Assembly: GCA_905178155.1 (NCBI GenBank)
Contig: CAJINV010000004.1
Coordinates: 5,806,828-5,870,827, forward strand
From: Amoebophrya sp. A120
Lineage: Eukaryota > Protista > Dinoflagellata
Length of the DNA: 64,000 nt
Direction of reading: 5' to 3'
In this document: positions 61,101-64,000 of the stretch, piece by piece
How positions within the stretch are numbered: position 1 is the first letter of the stretch
Layout of the letters: each line of letters opens with the position of its first letter
The notes under the pieces: model-generated
Told to the model about the DNA's origin: nothing
The model's database searches: none
Seen by the model: the letters and a program-made list of their open reading frames with translations, nothing else
Program-made: the position numbers and the translations under genes

Positions 61101-61936
61101 CAAAAAAAAAACCTTGTTGCTCCTCTCGGGGGTGCAGTAGCTGCTCGTAGCCCGGTGGTGGTTTGTGTCCAGCCGGAATCGGAGGGGGCGGTGCGATATG
61201 AACTGCAAAAGCATCGCACTCTACTCGCACTAAGTGCATCCGTGCATTACAAATTTCTTTCTCAGGTTGAATCCGCATTACAAATTTCACTTCTCATACT
61301 GAGGAAATTTGTCATGCGATTTATACTAGTACGATGCTTTTGCATTTCATATGCGAGTGGCTTCGCGGAAAACGTGATGTTGTCTCCGCCGCTGGTGTAT
61401 CCTGTGCAAAAGTATCGTACTCGTAGTAATCGGAGTCATGCATTACAAATCTCCATGCCAAGGTAAAACAGCATGACAAATTCCATTTGTCATGCTGAGC
61501 TAATTTGTATTGCAAGTACTACTAGTACGATACTTTTGCAGTTCATATGGTGCGAATTTGCGACCGCGTCGTGCTGCTAGTCGCAGCGCTGGAGGAGGAT
61601 ATAACCCGCTCAAGTGTTACAATCTCAAACGTTACAATGGAAATCTGTGATGCAAAACTGAATGATCTAGCCAACTCTCATAGGATTGCGCATGACAAGT
61701 TCCGGAGCCCCAAACCCCCCCACAATCTGGCGAAATTTGTATTGCAAAAGGTGGAACGCTGTGCGAGTCTGTCATGCTCATCATGCAACACAAAATCCAG
61801 ACTCTATTGTAACGTTTGAGATTGTAACAATTGAGCAAGTCATAGAAGATGCATTCAGATTCTGCTTGATGTTCGGGTGACCCGCCGTCGGGGGCTGGAG
61901 GCTCCGAGAGCCATCGACGCCACTCGTCCGCCGCAT
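52180..61936 (-). CDS. Single-domain (6TM) voltage-gated cation channel with C-terminal EF-hands and a long disordered N-terminus; 16 introners plus ~7 GT-AG introns
   Basis: S1 FNLVMTFFIVLNTIFIWLQTD, S2 FDVVFLLIFLGELYYR, S3 FDGFVVFL, S4 LRMFTVFRTLRLVKLGRL, pore YFGS..MQTLIVLATKGGDW..VVRP, S6 LLNIVVSVVV, EF-like DTNHDNMISLPEW and DVEEKGSVRFEDF. The link to exons above 56420 is in frame but less certain. Confidence 0.8.
52259..52479. mobile_element. Introner family F (221 nt)
   Basis: tataaaagtgcacaactc / gagttgtgcacggtcata; DR CCGCC. Confidence 0.9.
52543..52691. mobile_element. Introner family B (149 nt)
   Basis: Family B TIRs; DR cgcgg/cgccg. Confidence 0.92.
52772..53079. mobile_element. 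Introner family C (308 nt)
   Basis: tatgggtgcgtcaggattgaaatcg / cgatttcaaacctgacgcgtccata; DR CAACT. Confidence 0.93.
53192..53460. mobile_element. Introner family F (269 nt, degenerate)
   Basis: Right end gttgtgcacttccata; interior like 14561 and 52259; DR tggtt/tggtc; frame restored. Confidence 0.82.
53616..53923. mobile_element. Introner family A (308 nt)
   Basis: Family A TIRs; DR CCTCT. Confidence 0.94.
55494..55756. mobile_element. Introner family A (263 nt)
   Basis: Family A TIRs; DR CAGTC; frame restored (DGDWYW). Confidence 0.92.
56883..57070. mobile_element. Degenerate introner family B (188 nt)
   Basis: tatgcattgcaaaagcgtatcgcactcg / tatcttttgcggtggata; DR tcgga/tcgtg. Confidence 0.72.
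57298..57609. mobile_element. Introner family C (312 nt), opposite orientation to 8613 and 52772
   Basis: tatggaagcgtcaggtttgaaatcg / cgatttcaactctgacacatccata; DR ACGCA. Confidence 0.94.
58077..58197. mobile_element. Introner family K (121 nt)
   Basis: Perfect TIR tatccacaaaaaa / ttttttgtggata; two gcatgacaa motifs; DR poorly preserved. Confidence 0.72.
58837..58986. mobile_element. Introner family B (150 nt)
   Basis: Family B TIRs; DR CGCCT. Confidence 0.95.
59042..59303. mobile_element. Introner family A (262 nt)
   Basis: tatcctgtgcaaaagtgtctgggtctgg / ccagacccagacatatttgcaatgcata; DR TGTTT. Confidence 0.94.
59353..59604. mobile_element. Introner family A (252 nt)
   Basis: Family A TIRs; DR ACCGG. 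Confidence 0.94.
60143..60430. mobile_element. Introner family D (288 nt)
   Basis: tatcctgagcaaaagcgtcccca / tggggacgttttgtctcagcata; interior is the reverse of 29642; DR tcttg/ccttc. Confidence 0.85.
61197..61351. mobile_element. Introner family B (155 nt)
   Basis: Family B TIRs; DR TGCGA. Confidence 0.93.
61398..61547. mobile_element. Introner family B (150 nt)
   Basis: Family B TIRs; DR TGGTG. Confidence 0.95.
61600..61844. mobile_element. Introner family E (245 nt)
   Basis: tataacccgctcaagtgttacaatctcaaacgttacaat / attgtaacgtttgagattgtaacaattgagcaagtcata; DR gagga/gaaga. Confidence 0.93.
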
Positions 61937-64000
61937 CTTCTTCCGGGCGGGGTTGGTGTTAGTGTTGGGTTTGACGAAGGGTGGTCGACGTCCCGGCGGG
62001 GTGGTGGGGCGCCGTGCTTACACCTTTTCTCCTCTTACTGCTCTTCGACTTCCGCCGACCGGTGTGGTTTCTCCTGCACTTCTGTTTTCAAAAAAAAAGT
62101 TCCAGCGACGCTCCGAGCTCCGAGTTCGGTCCGTAGCTCGTCCTCGTGTTATACGTGTAATCGACAGGACCTCCAGCTCTTCGAAGAAAAAGAAATTCAC
62201 ACTGTAGTTGAAAAAAAAACTGAAAAAACGTCCACGACCATGTGGTCCTTCGATCTGCTCAACATCCTCTTGTTAACGATGTCGCCTCTGGGTCTTCTCA
62301 CAACCCTTTGTCGTTGAAAAAAAAAACCGCGCTTCGAGGTTGAAGAACCGTGTCGTCGTGGTGGCGTAATCATGTGCCGCTGCAGTGCCGGGGACGATGT
62401 ACTGGTAGTGAAAATTTTTACTCGTTCCGCTGAAACCCAAACCGTATCCGTGCACCAGGTGCAGCAGAAAAAAAACTCGTTCACAACATGACTCACGATG
62501 TAATTTTGTGTGCCACCACAACAAACTTGAAGGCAACCACCAGCTTCTGATATTTTCTTGAACAAGAAATAGAAAGATAAATAGGAGGAATAGCTGCACG
62601 GAATAGCTCCACTCAATGTTAATCTCAATTTATTCTCTCGAAAAGTTGTCGCGCTGAATTTTTACCACAGAATTCATTTCAATGCGGCATCCGCTAGCAC
62701 TCTGGCTCTCTCTTGTTGAAAACAACACGACAGAAAAAGACCTTCCATGGAAGGAACGCGCAGCTACTTCTTACGAAGTAGCAAACGAAGGAAAAGGAAC
62801 GCGAACAGCCTTTGGCTGCGCCAGCATTTGGCAGCTGCATGCAGCTTGCTGCGTGCTCGTTGGCCCGGGCGGACACCAAGAAGAGAAACCTTTTGATTTT
62901 TGTTTTTGCCCTACAGAACGACCTGCTTTACTTTGATAATTTGTTTAGTTGAAATGGACTGTTGATGTTCTGACTTTCGCGGAGGACTGGAACCATAGCT
63001 CGTGCGACGGCTCGTGTAGTATTAGGTTTAGAGAGGTTTATCGTCGGTGAAGAAGATCTCCAGGAACTTCTTCTACTTGTCTTCGGGAACGGAATGATAG
63101 CAGGGTGAAATCAATCTCCCCAAAACCAGACCGCGTCCTCCTGAAAATTCTATCAATACAGCAAAACAGGCACTGCCTGGAGGCATTTCATATTCTCTCA
63201 TGTAGTGCTGACAATGTGGCATATATTGCTGCTGGCGTAAACGGCAGGCGAAAAATTTAAAGGAAGTTCTAATTTTGTAGGTAATTATCTTGAACTAGAC
63301 AACAACTCTAAAGACAGTTACAATAGCGCGTGGCCGTAAGAACTATTACATCAATAGGTTTAGTTGTTTTGTGCCCGAAAATTTCATAACTGTCTAGAGT
63401 TCGCTTGTGATACTGTAAAGCTCTGGAATTTATATTTGGTTGTATTCATTTGAAACTAGTACTGGTTGTAGTTCTGATGTTTTGGACTACTCAACTTCTG
63501 TCCATATCCCAAATAAGTTCGTCGCTAGATTCAGTTCGTGAAAATAGTATAGAGTGTCATATTTTTCGTTGCAAAGAACTGGAAGACTAAAGCTGATAGA
63601 ATCGTGCAAGCAGCTCATATTAGGAGGCTCTTCGCGTTTTTAACCTCGTATTTCTCCAACACGACAAAGACTCCACTCAGGTCCTTTTTCAAGGAACCAA
63701 AGCGAGGTCCACTATCGTGTTGACGCTCCTTTTCTTTTCACCTGCTTCTGTGGGCATCGCAATAGCGAGCCAGCAAGAAACGCCTTGGAGGTCTCGATAA
63801 TTTGATGAATACGCTCTAGCTACACACGACCTATATGCGATGGAAAATTATTGTTCGAGAGAAAATTTAATAGTAGTTGCGGTTGACCTGATGTAAACGT
63901 TACCTTCGTCTTTTGTTACACTGGTTTTCTGTTGATGTTGTGTGCCGGTAAAAAGTTTTTCAGAGGTCAGCTTCCTCCTCATGATCCGCATAGATGATTT

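Noticed and set aside
1494-61844. CRISPR-like repeat/spacer array
   Set aside because: Repeats are paired inverted termini, dispersed and irregularly spaced in a eukaryotic gene context; no cas genes
62000-64000. Genes at the window end
   Set aside because: Only short ORFs without motifs; no introner or exon structure that I could support
1-64000. Autonomous transposase or splicing enzyme for the introners; rRNA, tRNA or snRNA genes
   Set aside because: No DDE, tyrosine-recombinase or RT motifs and no recognisable structural RNA genes seen by eye

Overview
Eukaryotic DNA, most likely a parasitic dinoflagellate relative (Amoebophrya-like Syndiniales). This assignment is inferred from gene architecture, not from a database hit. 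Every gene I could reconstruct lies on the minus strand. Coding sequences are interrupted by about 45 short (121-363 nt, one 989 nt) non-autonomous elements from at least 11 terminal-inverted-repeat (TIR) families. These elements begin TAT and end ATA, are flanked by a 5-bp direct repeat (DR) and lack GT-AG ends. They share an internal motif TTGT(C/A/G)ATGC in both orientations. Removing each element plus one DR copy restores the reading frame in all 43 cases traced, so they behave as non-canonical transposon-derived introns (introners). Reconstructed genes: a TLDc-domain protein, the dynein-docking subunit CCDC114/ODA1, a ~1434-aa secreted papain-like protease (9 introners), a single-domain voltage-gated channel with EF-hands and an odd TKGGDW filter (16 introners), five paralogues of an unrecognised secreted protein family (AGWVGPV motif, tails with basic NLS-like clusters), and several hypothetical proteins. 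Also present are a poly(A)-tailed retro-insertion nested in an introner, a GC-rich insert with a 35-bp direct repeat, and several segmental duplications that supply empty-site evidence for the 5-bp target-site duplication.
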